Source: Promethearchaeota archaeon
Lineage (GTDB): Archaea; Asgardarchaeota; Lokiarchaeia; Sigyniarchaeales; SOKP01
Assembly (NCBI GenBank): GCA_048937405.1
Contig: JBHLNF010000010.1
Coordinates: 75,764-139,763 of the forward strand
DNA: 64,000 nucleotides
Direction of reading: 5' to 3'
A program made the position numbers and the translations under genes. The notes below the pieces were generated by a model, which saw only the letters and a list, made by a program, of their open reading frames with translations, searched no databases and was not told the DNA's origin. Below are positions 38,803 through 49,143 of the stretch, piece after piece (position 1 is the stretch's first letter; the number at the start of each line of letters is the position of its first letter).

Positions 38803-39939
38803 TTATGTTTTTGGTCCTCTTTTTGAACCTTTTAAACCACTTCCATCAATTTTTTTAACAGCCTTTATAAATTCTGGATCAAAATCAGCAGCCTTTTTAT
38901 AAATTCGTGAAAGGAATAAAGTCATCCAAGGAGAAGGTACTTTTTTCTGTCCAAATGAAAAATTCTTAAACCATAGATAAACGGATTGAGGAATAAAAAC
39001 ACCATTTAAGTTAAATTTTAATACGCTAATAGCAGCTAATTCTCGAAATGCTTGAGTTTTAACCAATTCCGGATAATGTCTAATAGAGTCTAAAACAGTT
39101 CCAATATTATACCAAAAAAAAGGTGCTCTGGGTAGACGAAAGTTTTTACCATGCCCAAACATATATGGTTTATCTTTGGATCTATTGATCCAACAATTCA
39201 ATAGTGTTATTCCTGCTTTAATTAAGTCATCTGGCCATTTATTTTGAGGAATCACCCAATAACCTCTTAGCGCGTCAGCAACAATCATAGGGCATACATC
39301 ATTTACTCTTCCAGGACCTCGACGCTTGTAATAAAGCCATGGTTCACACTTCCAACCTTTACCTTGAGTAGTGTCTTTTAATAGTTCATTCATCCTTTTA
39401 AGACCGAATTCGACACGTTTATCATTCTCTAATCCTGCTAATAAGAGTACAGAAACAATAAGGTTATGATCACATAATGCACTTGACCACATTGGATATT
39501 TTGTTTTTGTTTTTCGATCATAAGTTTCAATATAAGCAAGAAATTGCCCTTTTTCTTCATCTTGATGTAATAAGATTTTATTTATTGCTTCTTGCATTCT
39601 ATTATCATCTTCTGGTTTTATCCCCCAATCTAATAACAACCATAATTGGTTTGGAAGATAATCTGCCTTGCTATGGGCTTTTGTAAGATTTTTTTCCCAA
39701 TCTGAAAGATGATCTAACAAAAAATTCACAAGGGGATCTTTTAAAACATAATTATGGGCTTTTATAACCTCAGGATGATCTAAGGGTAAATCAAATAAAT
39801 CAGTTAACGTTCGAAAAACTGAAAATGATTCACCAGATTCGATGAGAAACTGTCTTGGATCATTGGGAAGTATCTTAACCCAATCTGCTTCTTCATGAAT
39901 TTTTTCTTGAATATCACTCGATTTAATATCCATTTTCAC
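38803..39939 (-). CDS. Uncharacterised alpha/alpha-barrel (prenyltransferase/terpene-cyclase-like) protein
   Basis: IL..Q...G.F and GW.C (QW-like) motifs, PFFWYN and PSPWMT. Function not assignable. Confidence 0.55.
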   Translation of the reverse strand: MKMDIKSSDIQEKIHEEADWVKILPNDPRQFLIESGESFSVFRTLTDLFDLPLDHPEVIKAHNYVLKDPLVNFLLDHLSDWEKNLTKAHSKADYLPNQLWLLLDWGIKPEDDNRMQEAINKILLHQDEEKGQFLAYIETYDRKTKTKYPMWSSALCDHNLIVSVLLLAGLENDKRVEFGLKRMNELLKDTTQGKGWKCEPWLYYKRRGPGRVNDVCPMIVADALRGYWVIPQNKWPDDLIKAGITLLNCWINRSKDKPYMFGHGKNFRLPRAPFFWYNIGTVLDSIRHYPELVKTQAFRELAAISVLKFNLNGVFIPQSVYLWFKNFSFGQKKVPSPWMTLFLSRIYKKAADFDPEFIKAVKKIDGSGLKGSKRGPKT

Positions 39940-39971
39940 AATTGTTACATCTGTGAATATTGGTTGGATTA

Positions 39972-40517
39972 CTACGTGGACTCAAATAAGTTTACAGAAA
40001 GATCAATAAGATCTCTATTAGATTTCCCATCTTTGATCATTTTTTCGATATCTGAATTTACTTTAACCTTTTTACCTTCAGCAATTGCAATTAAATTCTT
40101 TACATTCCAATTTTTATATCGTTTTGATAGACCTTGGAAAAAAATCGGAGCAGGAGGCATCATTGGAAATTTAGATGGTTTTGGAATTCCTTTACATGTT
40201 CCAGCGTCTAAATCAAGAAATTCACATTCACTACATGATTTAATGTTTTTTTGTTTAGTACATTGATTAATTACACAGTTGATTCTCCCTTGACAGCCTG
40301 GACATGGTGGATAGGATTTTAATATTTCTAAAGTTTTAATAAATCCTTTGAAGTTCTCCTTATTAAATTTTGGGTTAACAATTAGGAGTAACCCTTGAAA
40401 CATTGGATCCTCAGATATTTTAAATAAGTATTTTGCTGCATCTTGAAGTTTAGTAGTATTACTATCACACAAATCGCAACTTAATCCACATGATGTTAAA
40501 TTATAATCTTTAACCAT
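39972..40517 (-). CDS. DUF3795-like Cys-rich protein
   Basis: CGLSCDLC, CPGC and C.I..C...K.I..C.EC pattern. Confidence 0.75.
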   Translation of the reverse strand: MVKDYNLTSCGLSCDLCDSNTTKLQDAAKYLFKISEDPMFQGLLLIVNPKFNKENFKGFIKTLEILKSYPPCPGCQGRINCVINQCTKQKNIKSCSECEFLDLDAGTCKGIPKPSKFPMMPPAPIFFQGLSKRYKNWNVKNLIAIAEGKKVKVNSDIEKMIKDGKSNRDLIDLSVNLFEST

Positions 40518-40676
40518 TTTTACTCACAAATTGTATGCTTTTTTCTTATTCAAATTAATTTAATTAATTATTTTATTATAAATAGTTTTATAATTTAAAG
40601 AATATTGTAAAAAAAGAGTAAAGAAAGCGAAATTTTAAATTGAATAATGTCCATTTTTTTTCATGCAATATTATAA

Positions 40677-41576
40677 TTGGGACATAAATTGGATGCTAGA
40701 GATTTTGAAATATTAAAAATATTAGATAGAAACTGCCGAATCTCATATTCTAAGATTGCTGAAATGATTAATTTACCACTACGAAACGTTTCAAAGAGAA
40801 TCGATAATTTAACCAAGCAAAATGTTATTACACGTTTTACTGTACAATTTAATTATAATTCTCTTGGATATCGGCATTATATTGGCTTAGTAGAGCCATT
40901 TGAAGGAAAAAAGACTAATGATATTTTTCTAGAACTCAAATGTATCAATGAAATATATCGTATTTGGGAATTGATTGACGGAACTTTCACTATATCTTTT
41001 TTCTGTAGAGATGCAAAGCATCTTGAAGAATTTATAACCAGCATCTTAAACACCGGGGCCGAAATGAATGATTATTCAGAAACACGAGTACATTTTACGT
41101 CAGATATTCCCTATTCGATAACCGATTGGCAAATTATCTTTTATTTGTTAAACAATAGTAGAGCTTCTAAAAAAGATATTGCACATGCATTAAATATAAG
41201 TGAAAAAACTGTTAATCGTAGAATTAGGAGGATGGTAAATATGAAACTAATTACTTTTATACCAGAAATTAATTTTGAAGCAATTTCAGGATTCATACCT
41301 GCAGAAGTTTCTTTAGAAACTGTAGGTCCCTCGAAACAAATATATTTGAAAATAAAAAAAGATCCTTCAATTAAATATTGGAGAAACGCCGGTTCAGTCT
41401 CTCCTTCAATTGTATTATTTATTTATGGACGAAACATGAATGATATATATAATATGTACCAGAAACTTGAAAATAGAGAGGATATAAAAAAAGCTAGTCT
41501 AACCTTTGTTGTAAGAAATTTCGAAAACTCAACATTAATAGAAGATGCTGTTTTAGAAAGAATTCAGGGTAATTAG
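40677..41576 (+). CDS. Lrp/AsnC-family regulator with two tandem HTH-RAM units
   Basis: LDARD.EIL..L..NCR.S...IA and TD.QI...L..NSR.S...IA..L.ISEKTV.RRI. Confidence 0.85.
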   Translation: MGHKLDARDFEILKILDRNCRISYSKIAEMINLPLRNVSKRIDNLTKQNVITRFTVQFNYNSLGYRHYIGLVEPFEGKKTNDIFLELKCINEIYRIWELIDGTFTISFFCRDAKHLEEFITSILNTGAEMNDYSETRVHFTSDIPYSITDWQIIFYLLNNSRASKKDIAHALNISEKTVNRRIRRMVNMKLITFIPEINFEAISGFIPAEVSLETVGPSKQIYLKIKKDPSIKYWRNAGSVSPSIVLFIYGRNMNDIYNMYQKLENREDIKKASLTFVVRNFENSTLIEDAVLERIQGN

Positions 41577-41693
41577 TACCTATATGAATAGCACTCTATT
41601 TTGTTTTGTAATTTAATATATTTAGTTTAAATAAAACACTTCTTTATTAGAACTAATATAATTTGTTCAGAAATCAAATTAAAATGTGATTTT

Positions 41694-43049
41694 ATGAAAA
41701 AAAAAAATTACTTTCAGATTTTATTAGTCTTCTCTTTTTTTACTCTTAGCTTTACTTTATTAGGAAATACTGTGATTGATATTGATAATTTACCAGAGTT
41801 AGATAATCTTGATTTTAATCTTAAACAATCGGCAAATATGACAGAAGTCTTTGAATGGAATCAAATATGGGATAATGAATCTAGTGGATTTGATCTGGGT
41901 ATTGCTTTTGATTCTTTTAATAATATCTATGTTGCAGGATATACTGCAGATGAAGATGAAAAAATTAATATTTTAAAGTATAATGCTTCAGGGAGTCTTC
42001 AATTTCATATAGCATGGCCTACAAATCAGTTAGAACTTGGAACGGGGGTAGCAATAGATTCTCAAGATAATATTTATTTTATTGCAGGGAACTTTAATGA
42101 CACTTCAAGTGATTATAATCTAACCTTAGTAAAATATAATAGTTCGGGATATCACCAATGGAATATATCATGGGGAGGATTAAGTTATGAGGTAGCTTGG
42201 GATTTAGCCATAGATAATTCAGATAATATATATGTTGTTGGAAATACTTGGGGTTATAGTAATGACTTGCTTATTGTAAAATTTAATAGCGCAGGTGATT
42301 ATCTGTGGAATAAAACAGTTGGGGGAACAATACCCGAAACAGGTGTAGACATTGTTTATGACTCATCTAATAATTTTTATATTATTGGTACAGTGTCAAA
42401 TTATAATCAAGGAACAGACAACATGTTTTTATTTTGTTTTGATCAGAATGGAAATTATCAATGGAATACTACATGGGGTAATTCCCTTAATATAAGGGGT
42501 TCTGGAATTGCTTTGAATTCATTAAATGAATTATTTACTGTAGGAACGTTCAATAATACAAATTCAGGAAATATGGATGTTATAATGGTGTGTTTTGATA
42601 ATAATGGTAATTATAAATGGAATAAAACATGGGCAACTCTTGAAAGTGAAGTTGGAAATAGTATTACAATAGACTCCAAAGATAATATTTATATTACGGG
42701 TGTTATAGCTAATTACACTTCTCAGGATGCTGATTTATTATTGTTAAATTATAACAATTCTGGAGATTATATATTAGACCGGATAATAACAGGTCCTCCT
42801 GAAACTGCAGGTATTAACATTAAAGCAGATACTTCAGATAATATTTATGTAGCAGGTATTATTGGTAATTATAGTCTAAATGGATATGATATTTTCCTTG
42901 GAAAAGTAAATCCTGAAATATTTCCAGAATCCACACCAGATGAAAATGGTAAGAAGATATTTGGCTTTGATCTCATATTATTCTTGAGTATATTTTTTAT
43001 TTGTTCTACTGTTACAATCAGAAAGTTAAGAAAAAGCATTAATAAATGA
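41694..43049 (+). CDS. SBBP-repeat beta-propeller surface protein with C-terminal anchor
   Basis: Repeats of IA.DS.DNIYV.G...L.KYN.SG..QWN.TWG, signal peptide, and IFGF + TM + basic tail. Confidence 0.85.
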   Translation: MKKKNYFQILLVFSFFTLSFTLLGNTVIDIDNLPELDNLDFNLKQSANMTEVFEWNQIWDNESSGFDLGIAFDSFNNIYVAGYTADEDEKINILKYNASGSLQFHIAWPTNQLELGTGVAIDSQDNIYFIAGNFNDTSSDYNLTLVKYNSSGYHQWNISWGGLSYEVAWDLAIDNSDNIYVVGNTWGYSNDLLIVKFNSAGDYLWNKTVGGTIPETGVDIVYDSSNNFYIIGTVSNYNQGTDNMFLFCFDQNGNYQWNTTWGNSLNIRGSGIALNSLNELFTVGTFNNTNSGNMDVIMVCFDNNGNYKWNKTWATLESEVGNSITIDSKDNIYITGVIANYTSQDADLLLLNYNNSGDYILDRIITGPPETAGINIKADTSDNIYVAGIIGNYSLNGYDIFLGKVNPEIFPESTPDENGKKIFGFDLILFLSIFFICSTVTIRKLRKSINK

Positions 43050-43275
43050 TACTTAAATCCCTCTTTTTATTTTTTGATATCAATATCAAAATAGAAGTTA
43101 TTTTAATTTACCAATGAATTGATAAATTAGATATCCTAAATATAGATATTTATGAATTGATATCGAAAAGAGTATTGCTATAAATAAAGACTATAGGTTC
43201 CTAGCCACGATTTACCCTTACATACTTAAATATCATTACGTTCATTTATATAATAATATTTTCTCAGGTGTAATT

Positions 43276-44007
43276 ATGGAAAAAATCGGAAATGAAAAAA
43301 ATGGATTAATTCAAAACCAAGAAATTTTATATCAAAGATTAAAAAAAATAAATAAATTATTTAAAATTCATTTCTCCTCGCTAATCTTGTTATTTTTATT
43401 TGCAGTGACGTTTATGATTCTATGGACATATCTGTTAATCACTGGACAGATAATAATGACCATATCTCAACGATATGGCTTATTTGGATTAATAGTGGAT
43501 ACATTAATGACTATAATCCTGGTTATTCTAATCATTCAAATAGGATATCAGATTTATATTTTAAGCTTATTTATATTCAAAGGAAACAGTTCTCTTAAAC
43601 AAGCTAAAGGTAAAGAAGAAACAAGTACTGTTCTTTACAAAGGGATTGTCCCATATATAGCAAATTTTTATACCTTTTTCAATCGTTATGCAAAAGAAAA
43701 AACAAATTTGAGTAAATTAGTGAGAACTTTCATTTTCCTTAATTTCTTTTCGGGTTTTTATGGAATATTTTTAATTACACGCCTTTTGGGTGCTGAAATT
43801 TCGAATGAATTACTGATGTTTATTTTGGCGATGTTATTTATAGCAATGACAGGCTTTTGGTTAATGAATTTAGGTACCTCAATTAAAGTAATGAATGAGG
43901 TCGATAAATGGGAAAGATTATTCCCTAAATTAGAAGAATGGGCTCAGGAATTAGAACAATTTTCTAATGAGAGTTCATTTCTTTATGATAAGGAGCAACC
44001 CTCATAA
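43276..44007 (+). CDS. Uncharacterised 4-TM membrane protein
   Basis: Four hydrophobic helices. Upstream of a wHTH gene. Confidence 0.7.
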   Translation: MEKIGNEKNGLIQNQEILYQRLKKINKLFKIHFSSLILLFLFAVTFMILWTYLLITGQIIMTISQRYGLFGLIVDTLMTIILVILIIQIGYQIYILSLFIFKGNSSLKQAKGKEETSTVLYKGIVPYIANFYTFFNRYAKEKTNLSKLVRTFIFLNFFSGFYGIFLITRLLGAEISNELLMFILAMLFIAMTGFWLMNLGTSIKVMNEVDKWERLFPKLEEWAQELEQFSNESSFLYDKEQPS

Positions 44008-44028
44008 TATTTTTTTGGTGATATTTAA

Positions 44029-44307
44029 ATGAGTTCTTCAAGGCGTAGTAAATTCGAAATCTGGGCAGAGGTATTAGAATTTTGCCTAAGGGAAAAGAGA
44101 ACTCAAACTTGGCTATTAAGAGAAACACGATTAAAGACAAGCGCCATAAAAGAAATTCTTCAATTTCTCTTATCTCGAAATTTAATCAAACAATTAAATG
44201 ATGGTGATATAATAAAATATCAAACAACAGAACGAGGGGAGGAAGTATTAAAAAGATTCTATACCCTAGTAAATGATTACTTTGATTTGAATCAAGGCAA
44301 AAGATAA
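44029..44307 (+). CDS. Archaeal winged-helix regulator (HTH_45/COG3432-like)
   Basis: RRSKFEI..E.L and L....LI.......Y.TTERG..L motifs. GGTGAT SD. Confidence 0.8.
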   Translation: MSSSRRSKFEIWAEVLEFCLREKRTQTWLLRETRLKTSAIKEILQFLLSRNLIKQLNDGDIIKYQTTERGEEVLKRFYTLVNDYFDLNQGKR

Positions 44308-44366
44308 AACGAAAACCAATGGTAATAAATTCTATTTACTCTCTTAGGTTACTTTCAGAATAAGAT

Positions 44367-45608
44367 CTAATAATCTTCATCTCTAATCTTAGAGGGTATT
44401 TCTTTTACTAGATGTGCTAATTCCATTGCTAATTTTTCGCCTTTTTCAAGCTCTTCTGATGTGGGATACCCATTAAAAGTGAGTGGTTCAAGAATATCCC
44501 AATGCATATTTTCAGCTAATTTTTCAAAATCTTTCTTAGCTCCCCCACTCCACCCATAAGATCCAAAATATAATACTTTTTTATATAAAATACGTTTTTT
44601 TCGTAATAATTCCATGAAGTATTTCATTGGTGGAAACATGCCATATTCATAAGTAGGTGCTCCTATTATTACCCCAGAAGATCTATAAGCATTTGAAAGG
44701 GCAAATGAAGGATCCTCATTAGGTAACCGATGTACTTTTACGGGTACCCCAACTTTTCCAATGCCTCTTAAAACAGAATTCAACATTACTTCTGTGTTTC
44801 CATACATACTCCCCCAGACAACACAAATTGATGGTTCAGCATAATCTTTATTGTAATTTGAGTAACGTTTGTATTTCTTTAGGATTACATCTGGAGCGCT
44901 CCGCCAAATTAAACCGTGTGAGGGTGCAATCATATTGATCTTTAATTCTGATAACTTCTCAATTGCGTTCAAAACGTTACCTGAGAATGTAGATATGATA
45001 TTGGCATAATAACGTAGCGTTTCCTCTTCCCAATATGGTTTACTTTCATCTGAGGTCTCATCCTCAAAAATACATCCTTGATGGACACCAAAAGCTCCAA
45101 AAGCATCCCCTGAAAATAATATTCCTGAATCTTTTTCATAAGTAACCATAGTTTCTGGCCAGTGAACATTAGGGATTTCAGTAAATTCTAGTTTTTTATC
45201 GTTTCCTAAATCTATTACATCGCCGGTTTTAACAGCTTTTAAATTGTTTTCAATCTGGTAAAATGCTTTTACTAAATTCACTCCTTTCTGTGTTGATACA
45301 ATTTCAGCATCTGGAGATAAAGAATTAACCATGTAGGTAAAACCTGTATGATCAGGTTCAAGGTGATTTAAAATTATATAATCTATATCTTTTAATTCCA
45401 CTGAAATTGATTTGAGATTTCTAATAAGCGTTAGAGCTGCTCCACCCCATTCTCTAACTAATTCGATTATCGCTATCTTTTCTCCTTTCACCAGATAAGA
45501 ATTTAAAGCAACTCCGTTAGGAATTGGCCATATACCCTCAAATAGATCTTCTGTATGAACATTAGCGCCCACCCAATAAATGTCATCAGTTAGTTTTATA
45601 GCAACCAT
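44367..45608 (-). CDS. fprA: Flavodiiron protein (A-type flavoprotein, O2/NO reductase)
   Basis: NH.EPDH, HWPE, FSGDAFG, PSHG and flavodoxin SMYGNT, FGSYGWSG. Confidence 0.93.
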   Translation of the reverse strand: MVAIKLTDDIYWVGANVHTEDLFEGIWPIPNGVALNSYLVKGEKIAIIELVREWGGAALTLIRNLKSISVELKDIDYIILNHLEPDHTGFTYMVNSLSPDAEIVSTQKGVNLVKAFYQIENNLKAVKTGDVIDLGNDKKLEFTEIPNVHWPETMVTYEKDSGILFSGDAFGAFGVHQGCIFEDETSDESKPYWEEETLRYYANIISTFSGNVLNAIEKLSELKINMIAPSHGLIWRSAPDVILKKYKRYSNYNKDYAEPSICVVWGSMYGNTEVMLNSVLRGIGKVGVPVKVHRLPNEDPSFALSNAYRSSGVIIGAPTYEYGMFPPMKYFMELLRKKRILYKKVLYFGSYGWSGGAKKDFEKLAENMHWDILEPLTFNGYPTSEELEKGEKLAMELAHLVKEIPSKIRDEDY

Positions 45609-45711
45609 TAATTTTCATACGCCTATTCAGATAGTAACAATATTTTGATAACCTTATTTAATTATACTCTAAGAGTCGTAGATCATATATAATCATATAA
45701 TATTTTATATT

Positions 45712-45867
45712 CTACTTTGATTCTCTTCTTAAACCTTTACATATCTCTTCAATAAAAATATCTTCATCTATCTCAATATCTTTTAATATATTTTGGGTAC
45801 TGTGAGGAATTATTTTTTTATCCTTAACTTTTTCAATACATTCCTGATATTCTTTTATAGTTTTCAC
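45712..45867 (-). CDS. ~50-aa small protein downstream of TFB (not in ORF track)
   Basis: KTIKEYQECIEKVKDKKIIPHSTQNILKDIEIDEDIFIEEICKGLRRESK*. GTG 45867 lies within GGTGTG; ATA 45858 is an alternative start. Confidence 0.45.
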   Translation of the reverse strand: MKTIKEYQECIEKVKDKKIIPHSTQNILKDIEIDEDIFIEEICKGLRRESK

Positions 45868-45918
45868 ACCTTATCGATAATTTTATTTTAATAATTTTAC
45901 TTATATTATATTAATATT

Positions 45919-46845
45919 TTAGCAGTTTAAATCATCTATAACACTGCAAATATCTTTTACTCTACTTCTTAAAGTTACTTCTGTAATTTTTGCAATTTCT
46001 GCCACTTCAACTTGAGTTTTTCTAAAAATAGTTTCTTTAGCAACTAAATATAACGCAGCAGCAGCTAACCCTTTTGGGTCTTTTCCAATAGTAGGTAATC
46101 CTTTTTTAGAGCTTTGTTGAAGAATATTTAGCGCTTTTATTTTTATTTCTTCAGGTAATCCTAATTTATTACCAAAAAGAAATATGAGCTTATCAGCGGA
46201 AATTGGATGATATTCTAAATGTAAAATTGGAAGAATCTGCCTGATAATCATACCTAAAGACCTAAATAATGTACGGTTAGGTACCATAGAGGCATCCGCC
46301 ACATCATCAAGTAATTTTGGGAATTCATGAATTCTTATAGCAGCATATAATGAAGCGGCAATAAATCCTTCAATTGACCTTCCCATCGTTAGTTTTTGCT
46401 TAGCTACTTCACAATATATTCTCCAAGCTGTTTCAGTAATGTAAATAGGAATATTAAGTTTTGAAGCAAACAATTTTAATTTTGGTTGTGCTTCCCAAAA
46501 GTTTCTTTCTAAAGAATTGATAAGAGATCTTTGAATTTTTGAAAGTCTTGAAAACAGTAAATTACTTTTAGCATTTAGAAGGTTTCCATTGGAATCAATT
46601 TTATTACTTGGAAGTATTGTTCTTGGACCAAAGTCTCTCCATGAAGGCTCAGTTTGTCTTCTTTTATTAACTTCTTCAACATTATAAGCTCTTCTTTCAC
46701 TTTCTACTAAAATTTGACCTAGAATAGTTCCACAATTTATACAAACCTTACTCCCTCCTGTATATTTAATACATGGATTATCACAACAATGTTCTACTTC
46801 TGGACAATAATTAATTGGTTCCTGCCTATTTTCATATTTATAAAT
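45919..46845 (-). CDS. tfb: Transcription initiation factor IIB (TFB) paralogue
   Basis: Two cyclin repeats (GRSIE...AASLY and GKDP.GLAAAALY...TQ.EVA....ITEVTLR.R). The frame is open 124 codons upstream of the called TTG and encodes the Zn ribbon (CCDNP...VCINCG) and ERRAY. Proposed start is ATT 46845. Confidence 0.9.
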   Translation of the reverse strand: MYKYENRQEPINYCPEVEHCCDNPCIKYTGGSKVCINCGTILGQILVESERRAYNVEEVNKRRQTEPSWRDFGPRTILPSNKIDSNGNLLNAKSNLLFSRLSKIQRSLINSLERNFWEAQPKLKLFASKLNIPIYITETAWRIYCEVAKQKLTMGRSIEGFIAASLYAAIRIHEFPKLLDDVADASMVPNRTLFRSLGMIIRQILPILHLEYHPISADKLIFLFGNKLGLPEEIKIKALNILQQSSKKGLPTIGKDPKGLAAAALYLVAKETIFRKTQVEVAEIAKITEVTLRSRVKDICSVIDDLNC

Positions 46846-47203
46846 ATTAAATTATCCCCCTCATATTTGTTTTTAAAATTCCGATAATTTTAAAAAAAGA
46901 TATTCAATTTTGTTTCCGATATTATGATAAAAATGTAAGTAGAAAAAATTGTGTCTTATAATTAATAAGCATTTGTCCAGTTTCTCAAGGTAATAATCTC
47001 AAAAAAAATTTAATCTCTTTTACATATTAATTAATTTCATCCATTAAACCGAAAATTCTTTTTTTTTATCTTAATAAATTAAAAATTTTGTGAGATTAGC
47101 TATTTTCTTATTAATCTCAAAATCTAAAAACTTTTATATAAAAATGTCAAAAGTTTATGTACAATAAATTAAAAATTATAAAATCTAAAATTGGGTAAAT
47201 TTA

Positions 47204-47608
47204 ATGAGTCAAGAAATGAGTTTACCAGAAAAAATTGTAAAAACTCTTCCTGGAGAAGCTTTAGTAGTTATATCGTTTGCTAAAACTTTTGTTAATCAAA
47301 ATTTACAAACATTACCAACATGGCAAATACAATTAGCTATTATTGGAAGTATTATAGGGGTGGGATTTTTAACATTTATTTTAAAATTTTTTGCAACAGG
47401 AATAGCTAATACTAAGAGTATAACATTAGAAACGAGAAATAAGATTATTTACACTATAATTTCTACAATTCAAGCAGTACTCTATAGTTTCGCAATATTT
47501 AATGATCTTCTTATACCTGAAAATCTTGTAGCTTTGATTACATTTCTCTGTTTTTTAGCAGGCTTTATTTTTAGTGTCATTGGATCCTTATTTCCAAAAC
47601 TAAAGTAA
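47204..47608 (+). CDS. Small multi-TM membrane protein
   Basis: Hydrophobic 134-aa ORF with N-terminal KIVKTLPGE. Confidence 0.7.
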   Translation: MSQEMSLPEKIVKTLPGEALVVISFAKTFVNQNLQTLPTWQIQLAIIGSIIGVGFLTFILKFFATGIANTKSITLETRNKIIYTIISTIQAVLYSFAIFNDLLIPENLVALITFLCFLAGFIFSVIGSLFPKLK

Positions 47609-47794
47609 TACTTAGATTAATTATATCTAAGAATTTTTTTTTATTAAGGGATATTTATGTGATTTTATTAAAAAACTAAAACAATCTTTTTAAACATAAA
47701 GATATATAAATGGTATTCCCTAATAGGATATTTTTAAATTTATATCTTACACAATAATTATTATTATTTTATTAGAAATAATTGGCGTTTAAAA

Positions 47795-49012
47795 ATGTTT
47801 AAAGTTAAAGTTGATAAATCATTGATCCAAGGTTCTATAGACCCTGGGTTTGAAGAAGTGAAAGAAGAGTTTATCAATAATTTTGAAAAAGGAGAAGAAG
47901 TTGGTGCCGCTTTTGCGGCGTATTATAAGGGTAAGAAAGTTGTGGATTTATGGGGTGGTTATCGTGATGCAAAAACCAAAGATCCATGGCAGGAGGATAC
48001 TCTAATACTTGTTTTTTCTACAACTAAAGGTATTTCTGGATTAGCATGTGCCCTCGCACATTCGAAGGGATATTTTGAGTATGATGAGAAAGTGTCAAAA
48101 TATTGGCCTAATTTTGCCCATAATGGAAAAGAAAACATTACAGTAAGACAATTATTATCACACAAAGCAGGATTATGTGCAATAGATGAACCATTAGATT
48201 TAGATAAGCTTGGAGATCCTGATAAGATGAAATCTGCAATTGAAATACAAAAGCCTTTATGGGAGCCAGGAAAAATGCATGGATATCATGGAATTACTCT
48301 TGGTTGGTATGAGAGTGAATTAATCAGAAAAACTGATCCTCAACATCGAACTATTGGTCAATTCTTTCGTGATGAAATTGCACAACCATTAGGATTAGAG
48401 ATTTATATAGGTTTACCAGACGAAGTGCCTGATCATCGGATTGCTAATTTATATTCTCCATTTTATAAGTTTCGAATGATTTTTAATACTGATAAATATC
48501 CTAAACCTTTTGTAAAAGCATTCATGAAAAAAGGTACCATTTCTAATAGGACTTTTTCCAATCCTAAAGTCTTACAAACTGCTAAGAATTTTAACAAACG
48601 GGAATTGCGTAAAATAGAATTGCCCGCTGCAAATGGGATAGTTCAAGTCAGAGATGTGGCAAAATTATACAGTATTTTTGCATCTGGTGGTAAAGACTTA
48701 AATATTAAGACCGAAACGATGAATGCTTTAATGGAACCCGCAGTTGTTCCAGATTTAGGAACTCTTGATCAAGTCCTTCAGATTAATTTGCGCTACTCTT
48801 TAGGATTTTTAAAACCATCGGTTGACTTTCAATTTGGTACAGATGAAAAAGCATTCGGTACATTTGGAACTGGTGGCTCATTTGGATGTGCTGATCCAAC
48901 CACTCAATCAAGTTATTGCTATGCTATGAACAATCTTGGTTTTTATATAGTTGCTGATCCTCGTGAAAAAGTATTAGCAGACACTTTTTTTAAGTGTATC
49001 AAAAAATTATAA
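47795..49012 (+). CDS. Serine hydrolase, beta-lactamase fold (EstB/family VIII esterase-like)
   Basis: VVDLWGG, FSTTK (SxxK), LLSHKAGL, WEPG..HGYH and FG..G.GGS. Confidence 0.9.
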   Translation: MFKVKVDKSLIQGSIDPGFEEVKEEFINNFEKGEEVGAAFAAYYKGKKVVDLWGGYRDAKTKDPWQEDTLILVFSTTKGISGLACALAHSKGYFEYDEKVSKYWPNFAHNGKENITVRQLLSHKAGLCAIDEPLDLDKLGDPDKMKSAIEIQKPLWEPGKMHGYHGITLGWYESELIRKTDPQHRTIGQFFRDEIAQPLGLEIYIGLPDEVPDHRIANLYSPFYKFRMIFNTDKYPKPFVKAFMKKGTISNRTFSNPKVLQTAKNFNKRELRKIELPAANGIVQVRDVAKLYSIFASGGKDLNIKTETMNALMEPAVVPDLGTLDQVLQINLRYSLGFLKPSVDFQFGTDEKAFGTFGTGGSFGCADPTTQSSYCYAMNNLGFYIVADPREKVLADTFFKCIKKL

Positions 49013-49143
49013 TTTATATATAAAATATTTTCTATTTTTCTTTCAATAATTAGTATGGTTAAAAATTAATAAAAAAAAGCTTTTTATGAATAATAGCCTT
49101 GAGAATTCTTTATTAAATCCAAATAACTTTCTTAGTATATAGA

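Noticed and set aside
47795-49012. Antibiotic-resistance beta-lactamase
   Set aside because: No signal peptide. The motifs match cytoplasmic family VIII esterases.
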